NCBI GenBank assembly: GCA_014801235.1
Contig: JAAVEM010000039.1
Location: forward strand, 1 to 55,083
Source of the DNA: Bacteroides sp.
GTDB taxonomy: Bacteria; Bacteroidota; Bacteroidia; Bacteroidales; Muribaculaceae
Reading direction: 5' to 3'
Length of the DNA stretch: 55,083 nt
A program made the translations under genes and the position numbers. Shown here piece after piece: positions 29,548 to 39,254 of the stretch (positions are counted from its first letter, which is position 1; each line of letters starts with the position of its first letter). The notes under the pieces were generated by a model that saw nothing but the letters and a program-made list of their open reading frames with translations, searched no databases and was not told the DNA's origin.

Positions 29548-30924
29548 ATGAAAGCGAAGGTTAAACCTGACTTGGGCTTTTGGAATTTGTGGAATCTCAG
29601 CTTCGGATTCTTCGGTGTCCAGATTGCCTACGCTCTCCAGAGCGCCAACATTTCCCGTATTTTCGCCACTCTCGGAGCGGATCCTCATGAATTAAGCTAT
29701 TTCTGGATACTGCCTCCGCTTGCCGGGCTTGTGATTCAACCTATAATCGGAACTTTGAGCGACCGCACGTGGAACCGTTTCGGACGCAGGTTGCCTTATC
29801 TGCTTTTCGGCTCGATTCTTGCCGTGATTGTGATGGCTTTGCTTCCCAATGCCGGAAGTTTCCATCTTGCCGTCGGCGCGGCTCTTATATTTGGAGCAGT
29901 GGCGTTGATGATGCTCGATGTTTCAATCAATATATCCATGCAGCCGTTCAAGATGCTTGTGGGCGACATGGTCAATGAGAAGCAAAAAGGACTTGCCTAT
30001 TCGATTCAGAGTTTTCTTTGCAATGCCGGTTCAGTGGTAGGGTTTATTTTCCCGTTTGTTCTTGCGTGGATAGGTGTGAGCAACGTTGCCGAGGGCAATC
30101 GGGTGCCTGAATCGGTCACCTATTCTTTTTATGGCGGCGCTGCCATTCTCATTGTGTGCGTGATCTACACTTTCTGTAAGGTGAAGGAGATGCCTCCTAA
30201 GGAATATGCCGAATATCATGGCATAACCGATGAACCCGATGACGAGAAGTCCAATTTCATTTCGCTGCTCGTTAAGGCTCCGAAGGTGTTTTGGACAGTG
30301 GGGCTTGTGCAATTCTTCTGTTGGGGCGCTTTCATGTATATGTGGACCTATAACACCGGCGGTGTTGCCGAGCAGGCATTTGGATGGGATGCGTCGCAGG
30401 GGACTCAGACTGCCAATTATCAGGAGGCGGCAAACTGGAGCGGCATTCTTTTTGCCGTTCAGGCTATAGGGTCAGTAATTTGGGCGGCTGTTCTCCCCAA
30501 TTTTTCAAATCGTCGTGTGGCTTATTCATTAAGTCTTCTGATAGGAGGAATTGGATTTATATCAACAATGTTCTTTGCCGACAAGTGGCTGCTGTTTATA
30601 AGCTATTTCCTTGTGGGAACCGCTTGGGCGGCAATGCTTGCGATGCCTTTCACCATTCTTACCAATTCGATTTCAGGCAAGCACATGGGAGCCTATCTCG
30701 GACTGTTCAATGGCACTATCACCATTCCTCAGATTGTTGCCGCGGTGTTGGGCGGAGTAGTGTTTAATATGCTTGGCGGTCACAGCCAGCTAAACATGAT
30801 AGTTCTCGCCGGAGTCCTGCTCGTCATCGGCGCGATATGCGTGTTTGCAATTAAGGAAACTTATGCGGAGAAACATCAGGTGTCGGAAGCTGACGCTGAA
30901 TTGGGCGAGGTAGCCGAGCCTTAA
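29548..30924 (+). CDS. MFS sugar transporter (SLC45/MalT-like, maltose/sucrose type)
   Basis: NLSFGFFGVQIAYALQSANISRIF, SDRTWNRFGRRLPY, GLFNGTITIPQI. Confidence 0.88.
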   Translation: MKAKVKPDLGFWNLWNLSFGFFGVQIAYALQSANISRIFATLGADPHELSYFWILPPLAGLVIQPIIGTLSDRTWNRFGRRLPYLLFGSILAVIVMALLPNAGSFHLAVGAALIFGAVALMMLDVSINISMQPFKMLVGDMVNEKQKGLAYSIQSFLCNAGSVVGFIFPFVLAWIGVSNVAEGNRVPESVTYSFYGGAAILIVCVIYTFCKVKEMPPKEYAEYHGITDEPDDEKSNFISLLVKAPKVFWTVGLVQFFCWGAFMYMWTYNTGGVAEQAFGWDASQGTQTANYQEAANWSGILFAVQAIGSVIWAAVLPNFSNRRVAYSLSLLIGGIGFISTMFFADKWLLFISYFLVGTAWAAMLAMPFTILTNSISGKHMGAYLGLFNGTITIPQIVAAVLGGVVFNMLGGHSQLNMIVLAGVLLVIGAICVFAIKETYAEKHQVSEADAELGEVAEP

Positions 30925-30954
30925 AACTCCTGTTACACTATATTATTACAAACG

Positions 30955-30995
30955 GCGCCGCCTGCTCCTTAACCGGGAGCGGGCGGCGCTTGTTT
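30955..30995 (+). terminator. Terminator after MFS gene
   Basis: gcgccgcctgctcc...ggagcgggcggcgc stem followed by ttgttt. Confidence 0.7.
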
Positions 30996-31150
30996 GTCGT
31001 TTTCAGTGGCATGATTTTCTGTCGGAAAATCACGCTCGATTCATGGATTGATCAAGGCTGAATGCAGTTAATATAGTTTAAGATTAGACCTCGAACCAAT
31101 ATTTCAGAGGTATTGTTTATAAAGTAAAAACCTAACTAAATATTGCGATT

Positions 31151-31444
31151 ATGGATTATCGAGATGTAACAAATTCAAGTAAAGTGGTGCTTGTGGAGTT
31201 TTATGCCACCTGGTGTCCTCATTGCCGTAAAATGATGCCCGTTGTTGAGCAGGTGAAAGAATTGCTTGACGGTAGGGTGCCAGTTTATCAGTTTGACATT
31301 GATAAGAACCGTGAGGCTGCTGACGCAGTAGGCGTTGAATCGGTCCCGACGTTCATTATCTATCGTGACGGTGAGATGGTTTGGAAGCACTCGGGCGAAA
31401 TTGACGGCGAGGTTCTTCTGAGCCGAGTTGAAACTTTTTGCTAA
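31151..31444 (+). CDS. Thioredoxin
   Basis: VEFYATWCPHCRKM, VESVPTF. Confidence 0.93.
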   Translation: MDYRDVTNSSKVVLVEFYATWCPHCRKMMPVVEQVKELLDGRVPVYQFDIDKNREAADAVGVESVPTFIIYRDGEMVWKHSGEIDGEVLLSRVETFC

Positions 31445-31453
31445 TTTATAGGA

Positions 31454-32455
31454 GTGATGGCTGAAACGACTATTTTTACTGATTTTTTGACGGAGCTTGA
31501 GGTGCCCCATACACAAGGTTATTCCGACGAGCAATTTCGAAATATGCCGTTTAAGTCATTGTTCGGACTTTCAAAATTGCTGAAACAATATGGTGTCGAC
31601 GGAGAGGGCTTAAGATTGTCCTCTCCCGGCGACATTTCTCGTCTTGAGCCTCCGTTTATAGCTAATACGGGCGGAGGCATGGTGATTGTCAATGGGCTTT
31701 CCGGCGGGTCGGTAAGCTATCTCACGCAAGGTGAAGTGGAAGAAATGCCGCTTGATGAATTTGAGAAGACATGGGACGGCACTGTATTTCTCGCTTATCC
31801 GGCGGATGACTCTTGTGAGCCTGATTATAAGGTGCATTGCCGTGATATTTTCATCGGTAAGGCAAAGAAGTGGGGATTGTGGGCTGGCGTTGTGGCTCTT
31901 TTCCTCTATCTGTTTATCAGCAACGGCATATATCGCCATGTGTCAACCGTGCTTCTCACTGTCATTAATCTTGCAGGTCTTTATCTCACCTATCTGCTGG
32001 TTCAGAAGTCGCTCAAGATAAAGAATAGTATTGCCGACAATGTGTGCGGCGTGCTTCAGGCTGGCGGATGTGACAGTGTGCTTGAGTTGAAGGCTGCGAA
32101 ATTCTTCGGCATATTCAGCTGGAGTGAAGTCGGTTTCACTTATTTTTCGGTGAGCTTGTTGGCATTGCTCATTTTCCCTGAGTGGATTGGCTATCTCGCT
32201 TTGTGCAATGCCTGCTGTCTTCCATTCACTTTTTGGAGTATATGGTATCAGAGATTCAGGGCGAAGGCATGGTGTACTCTTTGTGTGAGTGTGCAGTGCT
32301 CGCTGTGGCTTCTGTTTTTCTGCTATCTTGGCGGCGGATGGTTTGACGGAGTATTTCCGTTGAGAATCGAGTTTTTCGTTCTCGGACTCTCTTACCTGAC
32401 TGTGCTTCTTGCGTTGAACCGCATTCTCCCCATGTTTGACAATTCTGAAAAATAG
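31454..32455 (+). CDS. Peptidase-C39-like (catalytically degenerate) domain fused to VKOR-family membrane disulfide oxidoreductase
   Basis: N-terminal SLFGLSKLLKQYGV...PPFIA...EFEKTWDGTV (C39-like, no catalytic Cys); VKOR loop cysteines VCGVLQAGGCDSVL and redox WCTLC; start may be ATG 31457. Confidence 0.8.
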   Translation: MMAETTIFTDFLTELEVPHTQGYSDEQFRNMPFKSLFGLSKLLKQYGVDGEGLRLSSPGDISRLEPPFIANTGGGMVIVNGLSGGSVSYLTQGEVEEMPLDEFEKTWDGTVFLAYPADDSCEPDYKVHCRDIFIGKAKKWGLWAGVVALFLYLFISNGIYRHVSTVLLTVINLAGLYLTYLLVQKSLKIKNSIADNVCGVLQAGGCDSVLELKAAKFFGIFSWSEVGFTYFSVSLLALLIFPEWIGYLALCNACCLPFTFWSIWYQRFRAKAWCTLCVSVQCSLWLLFFCYLGGGWFDGVFPLRIEFFVLGLSYLTVLLALNRILPMFDNSEK

Positions 32456-32462
32456 ATGGATT

Positions 32463-32618
32463 ATGAAAAAGATAAAACGTGCCGACATTAAAGATGCGGT
32501 AAAGCTGTCGGCGATGGATTTGAATAAGATTCATTTTTCTGACCGACGCACGGTGCTCACTCCCGAGGTGCTTGAAAAACTTGCGTCGTCGGGAACCGTG
32601 GCTGAAAAAGAAAATTAA
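32463..32618 (+). CDS. Small 51-aa protein with leader-peptide-like N-terminus
   Basis: MKKIKRADIKDAVKLSAMDLNKIHFSDRRTVLTPEVLEKLASSGTVAEKEN; starts 7 nt after the VKOR stop. Confidence 0.6.
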   Translation: MKKIKRADIKDAVKLSAMDLNKIHFSDRRTVLTPEVLEKLASSGTVAEKEN

Positions 32619-32699
32619 GCGACGGCAGAATCATCGGAATGCTCTTTTTCTGTGAAATGTCAGTTTTAAATTGTATATTTGTGCAAGAAAGAGCCCAAT

Positions 32700-34481
32700 A
32701 TGGAAAATTATATAGTATCAGCGCGAAAATACCGTCCGTCGACATTTAAAAGTGTCGTGGGGCAAGCGGCATTGACTGCGACTTTGCGAAATTCGATAAG
32801 CAAAGACAGGCTTGCCCACGCCTACCTGTTTTGCGGATCGCGCGGAGTGGGAAAGACTTCATGTGCGAGAATCTTTGCCAAAACAATCAATTGCGAACAT
32901 CGCACCCCTGAAGGCGAGGCTTGTAATGAATGCGCCTCATGTCGTGAATTTAACAAAGGCAACTCGCTGAATATAGTTGAACTTGACGCTGCGTCAAATA
33001 ATGGCGTTGACTACATGAGGGAGCTTACCGATCAGGTGCAGGTGCCTCCTGTCAATGCCCGTTACCGCGTGTTTATCGTCGATGAGGTCCACATGCTTTC
33101 TACCGCCGCGTTCAATGCGTTTCTTAAGACTCTCGAGGAGCCTCCATCCTACGTGGTGTTTATTCTTGCCACCACTGAAAAGCACAAGATTATCCCCACG
33201 ATTCTATCGCGGTGTCAAATATATGACTTCAACCGAATCACCATTCAGGACATGGTTGATCATCTCAAGTATATTGCCGGAGAAGAAAACATATCGGTGG
33301 AGGATGCCGCTCTCAACGTGATAGCGCGGAAAGCCGACGGCGCCATGCGCGACGCTCTTTCTATATTCGATCAGGTGGCTGCGTCGTCGATGGGCAATGT
33401 GACCTATCGCGCGGCGATTGAGAGCCTGAACATTTTGGACTATGAATATTATGACCGTCTTGTCGAAGCTTTTTTGAACGGAAACGTGCAGACGTCGCTT
33501 CTAATATATAAGGAAATCAGGGACAAGGGATTTGATTCACTGTTTTTTATAAACGGACTCGCTTCTCATTTCCGCGATTTGATGGTGGCGCGCGACCCTG
33601 CCACTATATCGCTGCTTGAGGCAAGCGATGAAGCGAAAACCCACATGGCTACCGTTGCGGCAAAGTGTTCGCCCGCCTTTCTGTATAAGGCGATGGACCT
33701 TCTGAATGATGCCGACTTGAATTATAGAACCGCCTCCAACAAGCAGTTCCTTGTCGAGCTCACTCTTATTAAACTGTGCCAAGCGGTCAGCCCCTCTCAA
33801 AGTAAAGGTGATGCGGGAGAGGGGCAGTTGCGTCCGATAACATCTTCGGGCGAAGCGTCACCCACTGCGTCGGCGGCAACAGCCACAGCGCGTCCGTCGG
33901 CTAAGCAGCCACAGCCTTCTGCGGCTGCGGCTCAAAATCCTAATGCGGGTCATCGTCCGGCGCCGATACCGCCTAAACCTGTGCCCGGTGCCGGAAGTCA
34001 ATCCACGCGCCCGCGCGGACCTATGGGCGGATTGCGTGTGCCTGATTTGTCGCTTAAAGGCGTAAAGAAGCAGTCTGAGGCTAAGGTCGCAGAAGACACT
34101 CCGTCTTATGAAAAGAAGAATCAACGGTTTACCGACGCTCAGTTTGCCGATGCATGGAAAGATATCATGAACAAATATCCTGCCGAGCATTTGATGATCA
34201 ACGCTATGCGCATTTCCAATCCGAAACGCTCGGGCGAATCTGAATTTGTCGCAGTGGTGGAGAGTGAGGCGATCCGTGATATTCTTGTTGCGTCTACTCC
34301 GCTTATCGTGGGCGAGTTGAGGACGCGCTTGCAAAACGACTTCATCACTCTTGAAGTGGGGCTTAACAAGGGGCAAACTACCGTTACGTCGCTAACCGAT
34401 GCCGAGGTGTTTCAGGTCATGCGCAAGAACAACCCCTATTTCAACGACTTTATCGATGATTTTCATCTCACCCTTCTTTAG
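32700..34481 (+). CDS. dnaX: DNA polymerase III subunit gamma/tau
   Basis: ARKYRP, GSRGVGKTS, ELDAASNNGVD, DEVHML, AFNAFLKTLEEPP, SRC. ATG 32700 used because GTG 32679-region overlaps the TATATTTG promoter box. Confidence 0.97.
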   Translation: MENYIVSARKYRPSTFKSVVGQAALTATLRNSISKDRLAHAYLFCGSRGVGKTSCARIFAKTINCEHRTPEGEACNECASCREFNKGNSLNIVELDAASNNGVDYMRELTDQVQVPPVNARYRVFIVDEVHMLSTAAFNAFLKTLEEPPSYVVFILATTEKHKIIPTILSRCQIYDFNRITIQDMVDHLKYIAGEENISVEDAALNVIARKADGAMRDALSIFDQVAASSMGNVTYRAAIESLNILDYEYYDRLVEAFLNGNVQTSLLIYKEIRDKGFDSLFFINGLASHFRDLMVARDPATISLLEASDEAKTHMATVAAKCSPAFLYKAMDLLNDADLNYRTASNKQFLVELTLIKLCQAVSPSQSKGDAGEGQLRPITSSGEASPTASAATATARPSAKQPQPSAAAAQNPNAGHRPAPIPPKPVPGAGSQSTRPRGPMGGLRVPDLSLKGVKKQSEAKVAEDTPSYEKKNQRFTDAQFADAWKDIMNKYPAEHLMINAMRISNPKRSGESEFVAVVESEAIRDILVASTPLIVGELRTRLQNDFITLEVGLNKGQTTVTSLTDAEVFQVMRKNNPYFNDFIDDFHLTLL

Positions 34482-34652
34482 AGCTCTTAAAAATTCTTAT
34501 AATACATTCGATAGGTTGATAAAGATTCAACCTATTTTTGTTATATATAAAGGCAATCATGAGGTGAAAAAGATTATAAAATCGGAAATTATATTATTAA
34601 ATATGTAACTTTTTCCTAATTTTGCCAAAATTTTGAACGAGTAGTAATAATC

Positions 34653-36983
34653 ATGCCGAAGAATTTAGTCATAGTAGAGTCGCCCGCAAAGGCAAAAACA
34701 ATAGAAAAATTTTTAGGTTCTGACTATAAAGTCATGTCGAGTTACGGGCATATACGAGACCTCAACAAGAAAAAATTCGGCATTGATATTGAACATGATT
34801 TCCAGCCGGTCTATGAAATTCCTGCTGAAAAGAAGGCATTGGTCGCCGACTTGAAGAGCGAGGTGAAGAAAGCCGACACGGTGTGGCTGGCTTCCGATGA
34901 GGACCGCGAGGGAGAGGCTATCGCATGGCATCTTTGCGAAGTTCTCGGACTTGACCCCCATACCACCAAGCGCATCGTGTTTCACGAAATCACCAAGAAG
35001 GCAATCGAGGAAGCTATCAAGAATCCGCGCTCAATCGATTTGAACCGCGTGGACGCTCAGCAGGCTCGTCGAGTTCTGGACCGCATTGTGGGTTTCGAGC
35101 TTTCGCCCGTTCTTTGGAAGAAGATAAAACCCGCGCTTTCAGCCGGTCGAGTTCAATCGGTGGCTGTAAGGTTGATTGTGGAGCGCGAAAAGGAGATATC
35201 AGAATTCAAGTCAGAAACCTTCTATCGTGTACACGCTGAATTTTCCACCCCCTCAGGTTCTGTCATAAAGGCTGAATTGGGGCAGCGCGTCTCTGACCGT
35301 GAAAGGGTGGAGGATTTCCTTAAGTCATGTCTCGGCGCTTCTTTTAAAGTGACTGCCGTTACCGAGAAGCCGCTATCCAAGTCGCCGGCTCCTCCGTTCA
35401 CAACTTCAACTCTCCAGCAGGAAGCTGCGCGCAAACTTGGATTTACCGTGTCGCAGACAATGATGATAGCCCAGCGTCTTTATGAGGCGGGTTACATCAC
35501 CTATATGCGTACCGACTCTCTCAACCTCTCGACTCAGGCGGTGTCGGCTATCGCTGCTGAAATTAAGGAAAAACTTGGCGAAGAATATCTTAAAATAAGA
35601 AAATATCACACCCACAGCAAGGGTGCCCAGGAGGCGCATGAGGCGATTCGCCCCACTGAGATCGCGTCGAAAACTATCGACGGTTCCGCTCAGGAAAAGA
35701 GGCTTTACTCGCTTATATGGAAGCGCACCATCGCTTCTCAGATGGCTGATGCTGAAATAGAGAAAACCACCGTCGAGATTACCCCTTCAACACGCTCCGA
35801 GCATTTCACGGCAACAGGCGAAGTGGTGAAATTCGACGGATTCCTCAACGTGTATATTGAGGGCAAGGATGACGAAAATGTTGAGGACGACGCAGGTCGA
35901 TTGCCTGAAATTCAGCGTGGCGACGCCCTTAGCCTCAATGACATTGTCGCAACTCAGCGCTTCACTCAGCAGCCTCCGCGCTACACTGAGGCGTCGTTGG
36001 TAAAGAAAATGGAAGAGCTGGGAATTGGTCGTCCGTCAACCTATGCTCCCACAATTTCAACCATTCAGGCGCGTGAGTATGTTGAAAAAGGGGAGAATCC
36101 AGGAGAGGAGCGTCAATATGAAGTGCTTACCCTGAAAGATGGCGAAATCGTTGACGAACTACGCACCGAGACTACCGGATCAGAGAAAGGCAAATTGATT
36201 CCTACCGATATAGGGGAAATCGTGAACGATTTCTTGACTGAATATTTCCCGTCGATTCTGGACTATGATTTCACGGCGAAGATGGAGGAAAAATTTGACG
36301 ACATCGCCGAAGGAAATCTTGAATGGAGCAAAGAGATTGCCCAGTTCTACGCATTGTTCCATCCCGATGTTGACCATGCGCTTAATATGCGTCTTGAACA
36401 CAAGGTGGGCGAGCGTCTTCTTGGAACCGATTCCGAGGGTCATCCCGTCAGTGTTAAGATAGGCAGATTTGGACCGCTGGTTCAGATAGGGGACTCCGAC
36501 AGCGACGAGAAACCTCGGTTTGCATCGTTGCTGAAAGGTCAGTCGGTGGCTACGATTACCCTTGAGGAAGCGCTGAAGCTTTTTGAATTCCCGAGAGTGC
36601 TGGGCGAATTTGAAGGTGAGGAAGTGTCAGTGGCGATTGGCAAATATGGACCTTATGTGAAGCACAACGGTAAGTTTGTGTCCATACCTGAAGATAAGAA
36701 CGCTTCGGAGGTGACTCTTGACGAGGCGGTGGAGATGATCAAGCAGAAGCGCGAAGGCGAAACCAAGCGTCTTATAAAGACATTTGACGAGGAGCCCAAT
36801 CTTCAGATTCTTAACGGCAGATATGGTCCCTACATATCCTACAATAAGACTAACTATAAAATTCCTCGCACAGTGTCGTCGCCCGCCGATCTATCATTGG
36901 AAGATTGTCGTGAGATTATTAAGGAGCAGGATGAACGCCCCAAGAAACCTGCGCGTCGAGTTTCAACCCGTAAAAAATCTTAA
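34653..36983 (+). CDS. topA: DNA topoisomerase I
   Basis: NLVIVESPAKAK, ASDEDREGEAIAW, SAGRVQS, ITYMRTDS, GIGRPSTY; C-terminal GRFGP/GRYGP repeats. Confidence 0.98.
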   Translation: MPKNLVIVESPAKAKTIEKFLGSDYKVMSSYGHIRDLNKKKFGIDIEHDFQPVYEIPAEKKALVADLKSEVKKADTVWLASDEDREGEAIAWHLCEVLGLDPHTTKRIVFHEITKKAIEEAIKNPRSIDLNRVDAQQARRVLDRIVGFELSPVLWKKIKPALSAGRVQSVAVRLIVEREKEISEFKSETFYRVHAEFSTPSGSVIKAELGQRVSDRERVEDFLKSCLGASFKVTAVTEKPLSKSPAPPFTTSTLQQEAARKLGFTVSQTMMIAQRLYEAGYITYMRTDSLNLSTQAVSAIAAEIKEKLGEEYLKIRKYHTHSKGAQEAHEAIRPTEIASKTIDGSAQEKRLYSLIWKRTIASQMADAEIEKTTVEITPSTRSEHFTATGEVVKFDGFLNVYIEGKDDENVEDDAGRLPEIQRGDALSLNDIVATQRFTQQPPRYTEASLVKKMEELGIGRPSTYAPTISTIQAREYVEKGENPGEERQYEVLTLKDGEIVDELRTETTGSEKGKLIPTDIGEIVNDFLTEYFPSILDYDFTAKMEEKFDDIAEGNLEWSKEIAQFYALFHPDVDHALNMRLEHKVGERLLGTDSEGHPVSVKIGRFGPLVQIGDSDSDEKPRFASLLKGQSVATITLEEALKLFEFPRVLGEFEGEEVSVAIGKYGPYVKHNGKFVSIPEDKNASEVTLDEAVEMIKQKREGETKRLIKTFDEEPNLQILNGRYGPYISYNKTNYKIPRTVSSPADLSLEDCREIIKEQDERPKKPARRVSTRKKS

Positions 36984-36985
36984 AT

Positions 36986-37927
36986 ATGGCTCAATATAAG
37001 TCAAGACCAACAAAGCCGGGAGCGGAAAAGAACGCCTTTCGCCCTGATGTGATTGAAACATATTTTCCGTCAGAGCCGTGTAAACTTCTGGAATTCCTTT
37101 TTCAGGCGATGCCTCAACGCAAACGCACTTCTGTGAAGGAATTGCTTAAGCACAAGCAGGTTGCTGTGAATGGTGTGCCCGTGACCCAGTTTGACTCCGA
37201 GCTCAATCAGGGCGACAAAGTGCAGGTCAATCTCACCCGTGAGTTCCGGGTGTTCAGTAACCGTCGTGTTAAAATTGTCTATGAGGACGATGATATCATT
37301 GTGGTTGAAAAGGGCTACGGACTCCTTTCGATGGGAACCGACAAGATTAAGGACGGCACGGCATACTCTATTTTGCGTGACTATGTGAAGTGGAGCGATC
37401 CCCGCAATAAACTTTTTATCATCCACCGGCTTGACCGCGACACCTCGGGCTTGATGATGTTTGCCAAAAACATCCAGGCAAAGGAGGCGATGCAGCATAA
37501 CTGGAACAACATGGTGCTTAACCGCAAGTATGTCACCGTGGTGGAGGGAAATGTGGAGCAGGACAGCGGCGTGGTGAAAAGCTATCTCGTCGAGAACTCC
37601 CAGATGGAGGTATATTCTTCCCCCGAGCCTGTTGAGGGCGGAGAGTGGGCTGTGACCCGTTATAAAGTGTTGAAACGCGGCAACGGTCACACCATGCTTG
37701 AAGTTGAGCTTGACACCGGGCGAAAAAACCAGATCAGAGTCCACATGAAAGATTTGGGACATCCCATAGCGGGCGATCGTAAATATGGCGCTCGCTCATC
37801 GATTATACATCGTCTTGCCCTTCATGCCCAGACGCTGCGTTTCGCCCATCCGGCAACCCGCCGCGACATGAACTTCTCCACTCCCATCCCCGGCTCCTTC
37901 TTCAAGCTCGTCGGCGGCAAGCGCTAA
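36986..37927 (+). CDS. RluA-family pseudouridine synthase
   Basis: HRLDRDTSGL, TGRKNQIRVH, GHPIAGDRKYG, LALHA. Confidence 0.95.
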   Translation: MAQYKSRPTKPGAEKNAFRPDVIETYFPSEPCKLLEFLFQAMPQRKRTSVKELLKHKQVAVNGVPVTQFDSELNQGDKVQVNLTREFRVFSNRRVKIVYEDDDIIVVEKGYGLLSMGTDKIKDGTAYSILRDYVKWSDPRNKLFIIHRLDRDTSGLMMFAKNIQAKEAMQHNWNNMVLNRKYVTVVEGNVEQDSGVVKSYLVENSQMEVYSSPEPVEGGEWAVTRYKVLKRGNGHTMLEVELDTGRKNQIRVHMKDLGHPIAGDRKYGARSSIIHRLALHAQTLRFAHPATRRDMNFSTPIPGSFFKLVGGKR

Positions 37928-37997
37928 TCAACTTAAATCAATTTGTCGGCTGATATCTCGTCACTTGATGGCGTTTCGGCTGATTCTATTTAAAATC

Positions 37998-38027
37998 AAG
38001 CAGTTATACATAGTATGGCTGCTTTTT
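37998..38027 (+). terminator. Terminator after topA-rluA
   Basis: aagcagttatac-ata-gtatggctgctt followed by T-run. Confidence 0.6.
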
Positions 38028-38114
38028 CTTTTCATACCGGAACTTTTCTATGGATAGTTGTTATATTAGCCAAATATTAGATAGTTCGATAGTGGATGAT
38101 TTCCGAAAAAACAT

Positions 38115-38122
38115 TAAATTTG
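38115..38122 (+). promoter_or_regulatory. -7 promoter box for the element B leader
   Basis: TAAATTTG matches TAnnTTTG; -33 element weak. Confidence 0.55.
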
Positions 38123-38185
38123 CAATCGTGAAATCAATAAACTGATTAGCTAATGAAATAAAGAAATAACAATGACATATTAAAG

Positions 38186-38358
38186 AAGTGTTTGCTTCTT
38201 ACAAGTAGCTTTCAGAAATCGCCAATTTACTTGAAATATACCTACTTTGTAATGAGTGAATGCTTGCACCCTCCCAGGTGTAGGCTTCTCTTGTTTTGTA
38301 GGTGTAAGGTGTTTGGCGATACCTTGAAAGCTAAGACAAGATAGCCTGCACCTCTTTT
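38186..38358 (+). ncRNA. Candidate tandem-hairpin leader RNA (element B), same architecture as element A
   Basis: H1 38186-38265; H2 38276-38353 plus TCTTTT; blocks 38206-38214/38325-38333, 38218-38225/38313-38320, 38237-38245/38298-38306. Confidence 0.65.
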
Positions 38359-38377
38359 ATATCTATACAGAAACATT

Positions 38378-39202
38378 ATGACACAAGAGGATAAGATAAA
38401 TATATATAAAGTATACGAAAGTTCATATGCAACATATTGTCGGATGTTTGACTTAATATCGTCACTAGGACCTAACGACAAGGTGCCTCGTGAATTATAT
38501 GCTTTGAGAGATTCGGATGGAGTATTATCTAAAATATCATTCAGGATACTTATTTCCACAAGAAAATCAGGGCAACTAAATGCCCTGAAATATAGGCAAT
38601 GTTTTGACAATATTCTCCCGAAATTTCTTATGGATTATGGAATGTCTGAAAGACTGTATAGAGTCAAAGCAGAAGGATGGAGAAAAGCATTATCAATGTG
38701 TGTGGAGAACAATTATAATCTCACATGTTTCCTATTAGATTACATTAAAAGCGATGTTGAGATAGTAATTAATACAAGTGTAGAACTAAGGCATTATATG
38801 TCAAATGAACTAAGGAAAGTAACTTATCATAGAGTAGTAAAGGTTCATGATAAATTCTTTTTAGAATGGAATAAAGTTAATACTTTAGGTCAACTTGCAT
38901 TCATATACGCATTGCCCGATTATCCACAAAACCAACTTAAATATAAGTTAACTCAAATTTATCTAGATGTCATAAATGCCTGTCCTCATTGTATCTTGAA
39001 TGTATTTCTATATACCCAATTTAGGGATGATATTAATACTGTTTCAGTCCAATTTCCACAAAAAAGTATTAACGAATTTCAACTTGGTAAATATGTAACT
39101 CAACATATTGAAAGCATAATGATACCTCAGTCTCTAATAGTTGAATATGATGTCTATAGAGCAAAATTAGTTGAATATAATAAATCAGACCAACTAGATT
39201 AA
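38378..39202 (+). CDS. Hypothetical cytoplasmic protein (orphan, AT-rich)
   Basis: 274-aa ORF in very AT-rich DNA; no motif recognised. Confidence 0.7.
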   Translation: MTQEDKINIYKVYESSYATYCRMFDLISSLGPNDKVPRELYALRDSDGVLSKISFRILISTRKSGQLNALKYRQCFDNILPKFLMDYGMSERLYRVKAEGWRKALSMCVENNYNLTCFLLDYIKSDVEIVINTSVELRHYMSNELRKVTYHRVVKVHDKFFLEWNKVNTLGQLAFIYALPDYPQNQLKYKLTQIYLDVINACPHCILNVFLYTQFRDDINTVSVQFPQKSINEFQLGKYVTQHIESIMIPQSLIVEYDVYRAKLVEYNKSDQLD

Positions 39203-39254
39203 GAAAATAGCAAACAATAATAACTTTAAATAAACAATAGAAAATTTATTTTAT

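Noticed and set aside
33780..34130. Programmed frameshift in dnaX producing gamma
   Set aside because: No A-AAA-AAG heptamer or long A-run seen in the Pro/Ala-rich linker; the low-complexity linker is normal for DnaX.
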